Position numbers and translations under genes: made by a program. A stretch of DNA of 64,000 nucleotides, from positions 310,001 through 374,000 of the forward strand of contig JAQGDQ010000093.1 of NCBI GenBank assembly GCA_030141605.1. Reading direction: 5' to 3'. Below, one piece after another: positions 51,501 to 62,951 of the stretch (position 1 is the first letter of the stretch; each line of letters opens with the position of its first letter). This DNA is from Tubiluchus corallicola. Lineage: Eukaryota; Animalia; Priapulida. The notes beneath the pieces were generated by a model. The model saw nothing but the letters and a program-made list of their open reading frames with translations, did no database searches and had not been told where the DNA came from.

Positions 51501-54500
51501 AGAGGATTACCAAATCTAGAAAATTAATCACAATTTATGAGGTGATGTAAAGGAAGACAGGATGATTTTTCATCTACTACCCCATTTTCAAGTTCGATAA
51601 AAAGTATGCATTTTAACACAACTAGTACTGCAAAAGCATTTCTGATAATTATATAATAAGCTAAAAACTTAATTAACTGCGGGTGAGCCAAACTATTGAT
51701 GACATCACAAACTAACAAAATTTTCAGCAGCAAAAATGTTCCACAAGTGTGTTGTGCACGTGTTTGCGTAAGCAAAAATTGAAGTACAGTGTCTCTTCAA
51801 TATTTTAAAGAGTAGATTGTTTTGACCGACAATTTAAAAATGGGTCCGATTTTGCTTTAATTATATTTTGGAAAAATGGAAGTTGTTTTTGCATTAGGTA
51901 GGTGTCTTCTTATTTTTAACTGCCTCTCTTCCTATTTCTTTGTAGTCGTCATAGTTAATGCAGAAATTGTATTTATATTAATACGGCAGCTTGTCAAAAC
52001 TGTTTATGGTGTGCTAACTATCTCAGCAACAATGTGATGTTTGGTTTAAACATAATTTTGTTCAAGACGTAACATCAGACAAATTGGGATTGAAAAAGAC
52101 AGTTTTACAACTGATATATGTTCTCCCCTAGTGGGAGCAAAATGCTAGACAGATGCAGAACAGTGGTGTCCACAATGTGTAAGAAATATTGCAGTAAATA
52201 TCAACATTACTATGTAACAAACAGTGGCAGCTCGTAGCTAAAATTAGTGGGGGTGCTTGCAAAATTAGATTTTTTTAGCCATTGTTTTAATACTGTGTAA
52301 AACGAAACAAACATGTAATTTTAATGTTGTAATTGTAATTTTAAATAAACAAACAAATTTGCACATAAACTTGATAAAATCCTAAACAAAAAATATTGTT
52401 TGCCTATGAATAGCCTAAATTGTGGCAGTTCAAGAATATACTGATATACAGCTTTTAAACACATGGTAACTGACAACACACATTGTGTGAGCGACAGTAC
52501 TCTTTCTACTTTAAGTGCAGTATCTTATTTCAGACATCTGCACATGGTTGCGTGCGCACAACAGCCAAACACCACGTTGCTTGGACTGTGAAGCAAACTG
52601 TACTTCCCTCACGTGCTCCGGTTCTGCACAAGTATAAAAAAAGAACTAAAAAAGATTTTTTATGTTGAATATTATTGATAATATTGAGTGAAAATAGGGG
52701 GTGATGCAGTTCGACAGTACCTATACATGAGCCGCCATTGCTAATAAGAGTAGCAAAGTTAATACAATTTAAAGCGCTTGGTGTTTGAAAGAAAAGGTTG
52801 CACTAAAACAAAAATTTGAGTGTTCACAGAATGATCTAGGGTTTGGTTCCCATACAGGAACAAACGTACAAGTTCATTTGATGCAAGACTGTAAACATTG
52901 ATGTTAAAAGCTGATAAATGAGTGCAGAGATTTGTAAATAAGTCGTGTCTGGCCTGGTGGTCAAGAGGGCAGCTGATTAAGTAACGACCAACTGTTTCAT
53001 AAGCAGAACCACATTGACAATTAGGTGATACCAGCGATCCGTAGTAAATTTTACATTTTCTGGGGTATAAATCGTGATGACAAAAACCATCATTCTAGTA
53101 TGGTGTACGGATGAATTTCGTGTACAACACGAGAAGTAAGTAGGGCGTTTATAAATTAATGAAAGTGGAGGTGGTATTTTCTGAAATAGAAAAATGTTAT
53201 TTTTACTTCTATAATCTTTAGTGCCTGGCAGTATTTGATTATGAAATTATCCACTCTTAGGGATATTGATTTCTCTGTTTTTTTTATTGATTTCTCTATC
53301 GCCACTAGGACATTGACTTAGTAATTGCTTGTAACAAGCGGTACCTCATGAATGTCACCTAGTCAAAAAAGTTTCTTGATTCAGTGAGGCGTTTTGCTGT
53401 TAAAAAAAGTAACGAAAAAGCTGACACAGAGGCAGTAACTTTTGGGCAGTCATTCTGTAAACACTCTGTCTTCCATGCACTCTGTCTTTGGTGAAGCAGA
53501 TTTTAAAGTTTAGCTTCAATGTTCAGCTAATTGGGAAAGGTTATCTCTTATTGTTCATATCTCTTATCAAAGTGTTATGTTAGAAACAGTCAAAAAACAG
53601 AAAAGCAATTTATGTTAAAATAAACAAACTTGAACTCTAAACCTGGAGTTCAGTGTATGTTTACTAATGCAATGTACTACAAAACAATCGTGGGAGAGAA
53701 CCGATAAAAAAGACCCCAATAACAGTTGTTTTTTGTGTTTTATTTAGACTTTTTCAAGGCAAGTTTGCAGTGGACGTGTTGGTTCGTGGATCTTGTAACT
53801 TTTTGAAATTTTGTTTCCATTTTTTTAACTCTTTGAAAATCTCGTTTATGTTTTAGGGTGAGATGGAAGTTACGCCAATCTGTTATGCTCACCTGGTTAA
53901 CCTGTTGCTGCCGCTTGCAGATGGTAAACTCTGCATATTCCTAGAAGTAAGTTATGTTATGAACCTTGGAAACTAATCAGAATCTGATGCTTGTTCTTGC
54001 ATCAAAATTTTAAAAAAAAGTGCGTGGTTGTCATGCATTTCACTTGCGATTCTTAATTTAAAGTATTACAGTAATTGGTTAACTTGTGCTGCCGCCTACA
54101 TTTAAAATTATTTATTATTGAACTTAGTCAAGTTTAATCCAGGGTGTGTGGCCTTGGTCTGTGCTGCTCAGTCACCTGTACCTGCTGGGCTTCCCATATA
54201 TGATAGTGTTGATTGCTAGTGTGTTTTACTAGCCAATCAGGTGAGCTCAGTGTGTGCATGTGACTTGGGTAGCTCTGCCAAGCTCAGCTGGAGTTTTTTC
54301 ATTCTTGATGTTGAATGGTCACAAGCGTTTTCTTTTTTGTAAATAATAGTGTAATATGTAAATAGAAGTAAAGTCTTTCACAGTTTAACACAATTTCATA
54401 GTTTTGTTTCAACCACCAGAGTGATCCAGTCTACAGCAGTCTATACTAACTTCAGTCCAATATACTTCAAGCTCTCTACAAAGTCAATACTTCCATGCTG

Positions 54501-57500
54501 TCAGCTAAAAGTTTTCAACAATGATTATGTTTTACGTTAGCAGTGGTGTCGCCCCGCTTTTCTATCAGTGAACTTTGACTATTGAAGTTGCTTAATCTGT
54601 TGCTCGAACTTTGCAGGGTGGATACTGTATCAAGTCGTTGTCACATTCGGTTGCTTTGACACTGCGTGCGTTGCTAGGCGATCCTGCTCCGCCACTTACA
54701 CGACTTGGAGAACCGCATGACTGGTACGTGTCTTTTTACAAATTAGCGTTAAAAACTATTTTGGCCAAATGTGTTATGCGTTGGGTCACTGTTTAACTAT
54801 GGCGAAATAGTTATTTGTAATAGTTAATCAAACGAAGATTCATTTATTTAATAAATGTGCAAAAACAATAGCAAATTAGAATATCTGAAAAGATTTTGCA
54901 CCTCCTCTGAGATTTGCACTCACTACATAGCTGTAGTGCAATGCATCTATAAGGTGAGGAAAGATAGCTAGTCAACTAAATGCTCATTTAGTCAGCCGGT
55001 TTCACATAACAGACAATAATAACAAAAAGGGCAAGGGAATAACTGAGCGGTTATTGTGTGTGCATATCGGCTGAAGCTAAGCAGTGCTGAACCTGGTCAG
55101 TAAATGAATGATGTCCAATGGAAAAACCGGCTTCTGGACGAATCACAGAACAGTCAAACTAGTGTACGCAGGTCAGAGTCCACAATTTGCACTTTGAAGG
55201 TTAATGAATACAATTAATATTAAACTAATTATTTGTGAATTAATGACTCACTTAAAATCAATCAACATTATTAACCCATTTGCTACGCAAGGCTGCACTC
55301 TGCAGCCTATGTTTTTCTTGTAAGGGACAGAAGGTGGTAGACTGCCGCCCAAGCTCAGCATTAAGCGCAGTTTCCCAGATCTGTTTATTTCACGGGTATG
55401 GCCAAGCAAAAACATTGTAGAAAAGTTTAACAGCCGTGGGATTGGGGTTGCTTTGCAACAAGTAATGCTAACCAGCCAATCAGTGTCTGAAGTCAGGTGC
55501 ATTCCATAATAGTGTATTGTATGGTATGTTCTCTTGCAAGATTGCTTGTTGATATTCTTATAAAATAATTGCGTACTATGAATTAGTTTATGTCTTTTGT
55601 GAAAATTGGCTTCTAAATATAAGAATGGCTTATTTGTGTAGGTGTGCGCATAGGTATATATGCATGCGTGGATGTGTGTGCATGTGTATAAATAAAAATA
55701 ATATTCAATATTAATGTTTAATAACAAATGGCTATTTGTTTGTTTATAAGACTGTGTTTCAGTAACACACCACAAGAAGTTATCATCAAATGTGCAAAAA
55801 CCAGTGCAACTACATAGTGAAAGGGTTAAGAACTTTTTGCTTGAATGATAAACGTGTCAGGTACTCAACTATATAGTGTAAGCCTAGTGTTCCACTACAG
55901 AGATGTATATGTAAAATAAGTTAAGTCGTAACTACATATTCGCAACACGTACCTTCATCACAGCTTGCCTTCACAGCATTCACGCTGCTCAGCAGGCAAC
56001 AGACATCATTTATTTCAAATATGCCGGCAGGGACATTAGTTTGGTGGGAGATAAAAAATATTTAAATATCTGTTGCATTTTTAATCAAAGCATTCTAGGC
56101 GCATATCTTGTGTGGTGATTTCAATAGTCTTAATTGTACAGTAAATAATTGTTGTTCGAGGGTTGATTCTTCCTTTAAGTCTTAAGAAAAAGTGCTGTCA
56201 CCTATGCAGATTATATAGTAACACTACTCGACATCTACTGTTGAAAGTGTTTACCCGTTATTGCCATCACTTATGATTACAGTGTTAAAGAAGTTCTTCT
56301 TAAGTTGATTACCCTCCTTCGGCCATATTGGAAAAGTCTGGCATTTCAAGGTGAAGATATGAGCAAATCCTACACGCCACCTGTCACGTGAGTTTTTACT
56401 AATCTTAGACTTATACATCTTTAAATTCTCACTTTGTTGCATCTTGTTGTTTACACTTTTTCACCATAACATTTAAATTTTATTAAGTAATTAGTTAAAA
56501 CATGCAAAAACAAATAAATACAAATTCACTGAATTATTGACTAATTACATAATTACTGTAATTTCGTAAATATTGATTGATGATGGTGGATTGAAGTTTG
56601 AATTTTTGACACTAAACTTGAGAGAAATGAATTCCATATTGACTCATAGTAGTTGTAAGTCTTTAATCAATAATTCAGTTGATAAAGTTTGCTCTCTAAA
56701 TTTGACAGTTGCATGTTAATTTTGCAATTAAATGAGCACCTGTCTTACAGTCTTAGTCGTGTTTTACGTTTTTCGATCTCTGAAGTTTGGTCGTGTCACA
56801 TTTATCTTTAAAATATATCATGGGCCACAGTTTTCATTGTATGGGACTGAGCTTTTACATGATGATGCTACCTACCATTACACAGACAGCAACAGACCCT
56901 GAATTTTCAGTTTTTTAGCCCGGCGCTCAAAAATTCCCGCTAAATGAAATGCCCCCCATTAAATTGATGTGCCTTATACATTGCTACACTGTTGTCGTTT
57001 TTTTTGTTCTCATGGATGGATCTGCACCAACAGTGCATATTCTAAATTTTTCACGAAAAAATAGATTCATGACAACCGGAATGGCTTACCATGATTTTCG
57101 TGGGAACATAATAACTTTACAAATAGGACGTGCTGCATTCGCGGGTTCAGTTCTTGTTTCAAGAGGTTTTATACTGTGAAAATTTTGGCAGAGATCAGTA
57201 TTTGTTTCAAGACCTTCTATACCGTGAAAGTTTTGGCGAAGGCATGACGGCTGTCGCAAAGGGTTACAGTTGAATTCATTCTCAATAATCGAGGATGAAG
57301 TACTTGACGAAAAAAGGGCTAAATAACAGCTTAGCCACCGATCCTACTAGCGTGCCGTGGTTTCATCTGTTCCTTCACTCCATTAGAGGCCCGGGACGAT
57401 TCTTCTTCTTTCTTCTTCGTCTCCTTCTTTTATACCATAGCAAGTTCGATTAGCTGTTTTCGTGTCTTTAGACAAGAGGCCTGCGAGGGATGATTCTTCT

Positions 57501-58782
57501 TCTTTCTTCTTCGTCACCTTCTTTTATACCATAGCAAGTTCGATTTGCTGTTTTTATGTCTTTACATGTTCACGTTAAAGCCTAGAATGCGAAGTCAACA
57601 TGCAAATATGCTTTGTTCATTGGTTTTCTTCTCACGGAATGGTTGAAGCCATTTTCTGCTCTCCACTGAATAACTTGCATTGTTCATTTTCAGTCCCGAA
57701 GATGTCTTATTTATGACCGAGGAGAGTAAACCGGTACGCTGGACAAACGACTACAGCGACTGCATACAAAGTGAGGAAACAAAGCTAGCGTTCGACCAAA
57801 GAATTGATACTATAATGGCTGAAACTGTCCTAACGAAAGCACCGCACCGGTACATTATTTTTTTTTAGCTTTTCATTGATTGATTTTTTGTGTACGACAG
57901 GCAAATGCTACTGTTAGCGCCTAGAGATCAAAAATCATAAATTTTTAAGCAATTTAATTTCTCTTGAGAAATCTGACGTAGCTTAACTCTTTTGCCAAGA
58001 GTGTTGCGAAGTGAAAACTTCCCTAAAACATGTAGTTTATGTAATTTTTTTCATGTGACACGTGTGGTTAAGTTGACAAGTTGGCATTTTGATGCATGGT
58101 GATTATTAATAATATTATTATTTTATATTTTGTTATTTCCACGAACTGCTTTTTTGAACAGTTAAAATAATACAATCAAATATTTTGTTTGATTATAATT
58201 TGCATATGATTTTATAACGTAAGTAATTACATTCAACCTCGGTATAAGGTACTCGCTTATAATATTTTTCCTTATAAAAATTTTCGTATATAAGGTACTC
58301 GGATATAAGGGACTTTCGGTTATAAGGGACGATATCTTCATGTCCCACATAATAGAAACCCAGGTAAATTACCTCGCATATAAGGGACCCTATGATCAAA
58401 TATTTTTTACATCACAAAAAGCCTATGCCGAGACCCCGCGCAGGCCCGACTGTATTCCCTTGGAGTATGATCGGGTCTTGTGGCTGTAATGATGTGGGTA
58501 ACTAGATGAAGATATAAAAAAAAACAAAAAGTTGCTCAAGCGAAATTGATCGATTTTTAACCTCACTTTTTCGCAAACTCGGCCTTTGAACAGCTCGGTT
58601 TCCGCGACTCAACTTTGGCTATATGGGACATCGGATATAAAGGACGATTTTTTCCGGTCCGGCGGTGCCCCTTATATCCGAGGTAGACTGTAAATTTGCA
58701 ATGCATTACATACGCTACTGCAACTTTTATTGATTATTGACACAATATGTTTCTTACTATTTTGATGCAGTGTTATTATTAC

Positions 58783-58825
<43 letters not shown>

Positions 58826-61800
58826 TTGTCATTTCGATGCACCATTTTCTTCAAATTAAATAAATCTTACACAAAGCTGTAACTAGTGTCACAATTAACC
58901 GTACTAATTAATGTTGCATAAATAGGGGTGGCTGCTAGGTGACCTCTTGGTCTTTTGCCACCCTCTCTCAATTATCATAGCATTATTGTTCACATATAAA
59001 TAATGTATATTGTTGTATTGTGTAAATGAGATGAATAAACTGAATTGAATTTTCTTGTTTTTCCTTTTTCCAGAACATGTTTGGTTTACAGCGAGAAAAT
59101 GATGTTGCATCGCAGTTACACTTCCTCGTAAGTTAAACGTGACTTTGGCTTAATTATTTCATTGATTTTCAGGTCGTGAACCGAATTGATTCTATTGTAA
59201 GATTTTTATTATTGCTGTCGGAAATTCATATCCAAAGTAAACAAATTTCTATTTGTTCAGTATACATAACTGTACGAAGTACTTAAAGAAAGATTGCATA
59301 ATTACTTCTGTAGTTTTATTGCGCAAGTATGTATATAGGAAACTTGTCTTATTACATCATTAACCGTGTAATTGTTTAATGAACAGGCCTGGTATAAAGT
59401 CCAAGGCAGGAAATAACTCATAGGGAAAAACCTAACGGCCGTGATAGTTGACGGAGCAGGTCTTTCCCCACGTCTAGAGGGAAAGCTATCTCTTAACTTA
59501 ATGTGTACTAACTTTAGTTAAAATGATGTTACTTTTCCCCCACGTAAAGAGGCAAATCTTTCTCTAAACACAATAAAGACACTTTAGGTATCGGGATAGA
59601 AATTCCCATGATTAAATATTGAATTGTAATATGTTGTGACGTCTACTAACACTTATATATTTTCATTTACTGGTTGTATGTTCTGATGTGATAATGTAAA
59701 TAAGTACATCATGCTGTTTTAACTCACTTGTTTATTGCTCTTATTTACAAAATATATACAGGTGACACGGCAATGGACATCAAACATTAATAATACATTT
59801 CAGGATCAAACATTAGATAAAACATTCAGTCTAAATTTTTAAACGAAAAACAAAAACAAATTTTATCCTTGTCCTTCACATGACGCCGAAAATAATGTGC
59901 CGATTTTTTCCTTGTTCTTGATAATTGATAATTAATCTTATGGTCTAAACTGTCGTCTTCACTCAATAAACATGTTATATTGTTTGTGTGTAATATTTGA
60001 ACTCTAATTATGGTAAAGCATTTTAGAGCAAGTAAATTGATAGTACACTATAGATATGTAAATAAACTTAAACTTAAACTTAGTTAGGGCGGATAGAATT
60101 GTTTTAGGAAAAGCGCATAAGAACTGAGGGAAATAAGAAATCTTTGATTTAGGAGTCATCCAGAAAGACCTGACAGGATAAGCAGTATCTACAGGCAGCT
60201 GGAAGACTGGAGGTTGGTGGATCGATGCCTATCCTTGCCGGTAAGTAATTTTGTTTCACATTTTACAAAGAATGCAGTAGCTTAAGTGCGCAAGTCTTTA
60301 ACAAAATTATGACATTTTCAGTTTTTGTCCTCTGCTATACGCTCATATCTTGGTTTACCTGACTTTGGAAAGTTCGGACAAAATCTTGTCCATAGGTAGT
60401 CCCACATATTACAGACACAGCCCATTGTTTCGTGAGCTGACCGCTAATTGGTGGGCCGTCACTTTGTTTACATCCAAACAGCGTGTAACGACACATGTGT
60501 AGCTTGTATGTCAGCATGTTTATGTGGTTTAGAGTCAATTAAGCGGAGTTATTTAAGTTACTGCTATAAATTGATGTGTGGCGATAATCAGTCTAGAACA
60601 AGTTACTGCTAAAAACCTTGTGTAATTGCAGCCATCGTGGAAGCGGTAACTGGTTAATGCATTGAAGTGCTCTTATGAAACTGCTCATATCTGTGATGCG
60701 TGCAAACAAGTCACAGTTTTATTATTATTGCTTTCTAGTGCACTTTTACGTGTTTTTGACCTTGCAGTATATGTGCAAAATTCCAAAGTTTCTCGTTACA
60801 TTTCTATAGCCGGGTGCTTCAAATAGTCCGTAATAATAATTCTGTGTGGCAACGGCCTTTCAACTTAGTAAGTTTTTGCAGGCATATCCACTCATATCTC
60901 GGTTTGCCGGACCTCGCTTTTACAGATATCGGAAGAATTGGGCAAAATCTGGACAGTTAAAAAGTCTTGCATACTACAGACACAGCCTCTTGTTTCGCGA
61001 GCTGACCATTAGCTGGCGGGACGTCACTTTGTTTACATCACTACACATCAGTGTAACCAAGCAGTGTGTAACGACAATGTGTAGCTTGTATGCTAGCCGT
61101 GTTTAAATGGTTTTATCAGCATGTTATTTTATTATGCAGTTATTTGAGTCAATTGCCGACAGTTTTTTATATAATTTTGCATAGGAGCAGGCCGTACTAG
61201 ATATTTTTGAGACAATTTGGGATTGATTTTACATTACCGTGAATCTAATACACGGAGCCTACTATATTAGCTTAGTATCGGGAAATATGGACAGTCGGCA
61301 AATTCGGACCGATGTCTCCCAGGTTTTATCCCACAAACCAAGATACGAGTGTAATTAACCTCTTCACTGCTGAGTAATTTGTAGCCGGTGTAGGGGAAAA
61401 TATGCGTGCTTGCAAACCAAAACAATTCGTAAGTTGCCGTAGTTAAAACTTCATTATGATGCTTCAAAGTAGAATGCACCAAAATTTGGTCAAATGTCAA
61501 TTTTTTGTTTTTTACAAAAACAAATGCTAAATATATTGGACTTTTATATTCTAGCATCAAATTATCAAGAAAAAGTCAAAAAATACTAAAAATCTAATTT
61601 TAGAACCCCATACCCACATACCCACTTTTCTGTCTAGAAACTAGTGATGCAGTTGTAAAAAAAAACTTGCATTTTCAAACTTCAATAACAGCTCGTATAT
61701 AAGCTGTCATTTTGCTTCTGATTTTTCTGTTGTCAACCCCATATCTTCTTCAGGAAGAGCCATCTACTGGATTTACATTCAAAGTGTTTTTGCAAAGTCC

Positions 61801-62575
61801 ATAGCAACCAACAGTTGTGTGATTGCTAAGTGATTTGTAGAAACACGACAGAAAACAATGGGTAACTTTAACAGTGATTTTCTCAAGGTTATGTTTTTAA
61901 CTGCATAGCCTGCATCTCAACTTCAATGTGGATTATCTCAGCTTAGAAATAACATAGAGTGATGAACTTGGTATGAAAATGATCCTCATGAAATGGAGAT
62001 TAAGGATGTGAATAACTAGAAAAACTTAATTGCTGACATAAACGATTTTACTAAGCAAGCACATAAATATTGTTCTCAACTTGTTTCTCTTTATTTATTA
62101 ATTTCATCCGAAAGTTGATAATCCCATTTTGTCAACATGGTATCAAAATATTTATTCCGAATAACGTTATTAATCACTTTAATTACATTGAATTTTTTCC
62201 AGACCTTTACTGGCCAAAAATTCTCTTTAGACTCATTAAAAGAAAGAAAGTTCCAAAGATGAAAAAGCTGTTAACCAAGTCTTGCAATGCTTCAATATTT
62301 TCAGAAAACGTTTTGTCAAAGTCTTGTTTGAAGTTGTTATTGAGTCACTTAGACATACTCGAGTTTAGACGCACACAGAAAACTATGGATAAGAACCAAA
62401 CAGCTACAATAAATCTTTGTAATTAAAAAGCTTAATTGCTGACCTATGGACGATTTTAGTTAAATGTAATAAAACTTATGATTATAGTGGATTGTTTATG
62501 AAATTAATTGTGTTTTTGTTTTTTTATTGCTTAGTCAAGGAAAGCAACGACAACCGAAGTAAATCTAGTTCATTC
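30419..62575 (+). CDS. HDAC6: Histone deacetylase 6-like (class IIb, tandem catalytic domains); continues beyond the right edge
   Basis: 18 phase-consistent GT-AG exons encode a Lys-rich N-terminus, a full CD1 ([54 protein letters not shown]), a linker and a CD2 start (TCLVY...HPERPDRI). A recognisable second domain favours HDAC6 over HDAC10. Confidence 0.92.
30635..31543. mobile_element. MITE family B (CAGTAAACTC termini, pogo-like) with internal AACTCAAA repeats
   Basis: TIRs and TA at the left end; related copies at ~785-1361 and 41738-42127. Confidence 0.78.
31737..33289. mobile_element. hAT-like non-autonomous DNA transposon carrying a Gypsy pol fragment
   Basis: Exact 8-bp flanking direct repeat CTTTGAAT (31729-31736 and 33290-33297), degenerate TIR (TAGTGATGTTAA vs reverse-complement TGGCAATGTAAA), and subterminal TATCG/CGATA repeats at both ends. 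Confidence 0.75.
32117..32802 (+). pseudogene. Ty3/Gypsy pol fragment (RT thumb/connection plus RNase H)
   Basis: [14 protein letters not shown]...[17 protein letters not shown]...YITTE*ELLAVI...LVTDHRSL...RLARW; one in-frame TGA; no LTR, gag or integrase seen. Confidence 0.9.
33362..33393 (+). CDS. HDAC6: HDAC6 exon (32 nt)
   Basis: [10 protein letters not shown](G); bridges phase 0 to phase 2. Confidence 0.75.
33526..33996. mobile_element. MITE family A
   Basis: CAGGGTTCCC...GAACCCTG, flanks tataag/tataac. Confidence 0.8.
34687..35011. mobile_element. hAT-like MITE family D, degenerate
   Basis: Similar to 45621-45955. Confidence 0.68.
35499..36178 (+). mobile_element. Decayed Tc1/mariner element, inverted relative of 29811-30362
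   Basis: TA-CCGGGTGTTTCAAAAGTCAC; [11 protein letters not shown] / AVRDFLNAR remnant. Confidence 0.65.
36255..36396 (+). CDS. HDAC6: HDAC6 CD1 exon
   Basis: [47 protein letters not shown]. Confidence 0.93.
36916..37771. repeat. 61-bp tandem array, ~14 units, internally palindromic
   Basis: Unit GCTGAGTCAGTTGCTCTCCTACACAGCTGACTCACACAGTAAATCAGCTAGCTCTGCTGAA. Confidence 0.95.
37906..37946 (+). CDS. HDAC6: HDAC6 CD1 exon
   Basis: [14 protein letters not shown]. Confidence 0.92.
39706..39805 (+). CDS. HDAC6: HDAC6 CD1 exon
   Basis: [33 protein letters not shown]. Confidence 0.88.
40902..40999 (+). CDS. HDAC6: HDAC6 CD1 exon
   Basis: [33 protein letters not shown]. Confidence 0.95.
41024..41270. 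mobile_element. MITE family F, partial
   Basis: Left TIR plus ~170 bp of shared sequence. Confidence 0.65.
41738..42127. mobile_element. MITE family B, internally deleted
   Basis: Same internal sequence, ends GAGTTTACTG-TA. Confidence 0.72.
42379..43099. mobile_element. MITE family C
   Basis: TIR (CCTCGCTTAACAAC / GTTGTTAAGCGAGG) with TA flanks. Confidence 0.75.
43185..43286 (+). CDS. HDAC6: HDAC6 CD1 exon, catalytic HH
   Basis: [34 protein letters not shown]. Confidence 0.96.
43536..43604 (+). CDS. HDAC6: HDAC6 CD1 exon, Zn ligands
   Basis: [23 protein letters not shown]. Confidence 0.96.
43750..44240. repeat. ~22-bp minisatellite, ~22 units
   Basis: Unit GTGCTGTGAAGGTTTTAGCTCT. Confidence 0.92.
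44728..44854 (+). CDS. HDAC6: HDAC6 CD1 exon
   Basis: [42 protein letters not shown]. Confidence 0.96.
45621..45955. mobile_element. hAT-like MITE family D
   Basis: TAGGGGTGAGCAT...ATGCTCACCCTTA with TSD aaaaatac/aaaaatag; empty site in the related sequence at ~49065. Confidence 0.82.
46642..47627. mobile_element. MITE family A with nested insertion
   Basis: CAGGGTTCC...GGAACCCTG with an exact 6-bp TSD TGAGAC. Confidence 0.82.
46989..47484. mobile_element. pogo/Tigger-like MITE nested in family A
   Basis: Near-perfect TIR CAGTGGCCGCCGCTTATT(A/G)TGGACAC with TA TSD; the empty site is visible in the sister copy near 33856. Confidence 0.85.
47675..47740 (+). CDS. HDAC6: HDAC6 CD1 exon
   Basis: [22 protein letters not shown]. 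Confidence 0.94.
50060..50502. mobile_element. MITE family F (TA-CACTCATATCTCGG termini, Tc1/mariner-like)
   Basis: TIRs and TA flanks; further copies at ~41024, ~50669, ~60339 and 60889. Confidence 0.75.
50669..51225. mobile_element. MITE family F with internal tandem duplications
   Basis: ACTCATATC...GAGATATGAGT; repeated GGACACAGTCC...GCTGACCA blocks. Confidence 0.72.
51307..51366 (+). CDS. HDAC6: HDAC6 CD1 exon
   Basis: [20 protein letters not shown]. Confidence 0.96.
52222..52740. mobile_element. hAT-like MITE
   Basis: CAGTGGCAGCTC...GAGCCGCCATTG; interrupts a repeat that is intact (inverted) at ~6700-6830. Confidence 0.68.
53857..53946 (+). CDS. HDAC6: HDAC6 CD1 exon
   Basis: [30 protein letters not shown]. 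Confidence 0.96.
54617..54723 (+). CDS. HDAC6: HDAC6 CD1 exon, catalytic Tyr
   Basis: [35 protein letters not shown]. Confidence 0.96.
55070..55115 (+). mobile_element. 5S rRNA-related (SINE-like) fragment
   Basis: GAAGCTAAGCAGTGCTGAACCTGGTCAGTAAATGAATG resembles the 5S internal control region; second copy at ~14140-14185; not a full 5S gene. Confidence 0.45.
55275..55825. mobile_element. piggyBac-like MITE
   Basis: TTAA-CCCATTTGCTAC...TAGTGAAAGGG-TTAA; inverted copy from 63538. Confidence 0.75.
56283..56387 (+). CDS. HDAC6: HDAC6 exon, end of CD1
   Basis: [34 protein letters not shown]; the gtgagt donor gives the required phase 2. Confidence 0.88.
57388..57565. repeat. ~95-bp tandem duplication
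   Basis: GATTCTTCTTCTTTCTTCTTCGT...CCATAGCAAGTTCGATT occurs twice. Confidence 0.85.
57694..57849 (+). CDS. HDAC6: HDAC6 exon, inter-domain linker
   Basis: [16 protein letters not shown]...[16 protein letters not shown]. Confidence 0.88.
58230..58690. mobile_element. pogo-like MITE
   Basis: TA-CATTCAACCTCGGTATAAGG...CCTTATATCCGAGGTAGACTG-TA, with TATAAGG subrepeats. Confidence 0.72.
58920..59050 (+). mobile_element. LINE/SINE 3' tail
   Basis: GGGGTGGC..GCCACCC hairpin ending AATAAACTGAATTGAAT; inverted relatives at ~38345-38400 and ~34195-34245. Confidence 0.5.
59074..59127 (+). CDS. HDAC6: HDAC6 CD2 exon
   Basis: [17 protein letters not shown]. Confidence 0.92.
60153..60240 (+). CDS. HDAC6: HDAC6 CD2 exon
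   Basis: [29 protein letters not shown]. Confidence 0.94.
60339..60560. mobile_element. MITE family F, partial
   Basis: Left-half similarity. Confidence 0.6.
60889..61351. mobile_element. MITE family F
   Basis: CACTCATATCTCGGTTTG...CAAACCAAGATACGAGTG-TA. Confidence 0.75.
61400..62460. mobile_element. Family G copy plus associated segment shared with 1-230
   Basis: Collinear with 3712-4296; 62310-62420 matches 7-112. Confidence 0.65.
62535..62575 (+). CDS. HDAC6: HDAC6 CD2 exon
   Basis: [14 protein letters not shown], 41 nt like the CD1 counterpart. Confidence 0.9.
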
Positions 62576-62951
62576 GTAAGTTTTCTAACTTGCTATTTCT
62601 TGTGAATTTATTAACGTTGTATCTATGCCAGTAGTGATGGAAAATCCAAGCTGAGCAAAAAGTTAGCAATTTATTTGTGCATTTACGTGTTTATTTGTAA
62701 TTTTGTTTTGCTAATTTTTCTTTTTTTTGGTTTGCTATTGATTTTTTTATTTGTCATTTTTTTAAACGGATTTTTTAAAAATTTTGTGAACGTTTTTAGT
62801 AGATTTCCTATTTTTTTGCTTTTTGGCTGTAGCATAATCATTTTCTAATTTGATATAAATCTTTTCAACTTCTACATTTTTGTGTGTAAGCTCATTTGAA
62901 CACCTGCTTTCAGCTTTTTTCTGTATGCAAACATTTTGCTTCAGTTATTAA

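Noticed and set aside
55248-55775. 175-aa minus-strand ORF
   Set aside because: Lies within the piggyBac-like MITE and has no recognisable motifs.
56351-56356. Donor gtgaag after LAFQ
   Set aside because: Gives phase 1, incompatible with the next exon; gtgagt at 56388 fits.
30419-56387. HDAC10 assignment
   Set aside because: A second domain with HPERPDR follows, and the Lys-rich N-extension and GYC motif fit HDAC6 CD1. CD2 catalytic residues lie outside the window, so this is not absolute.
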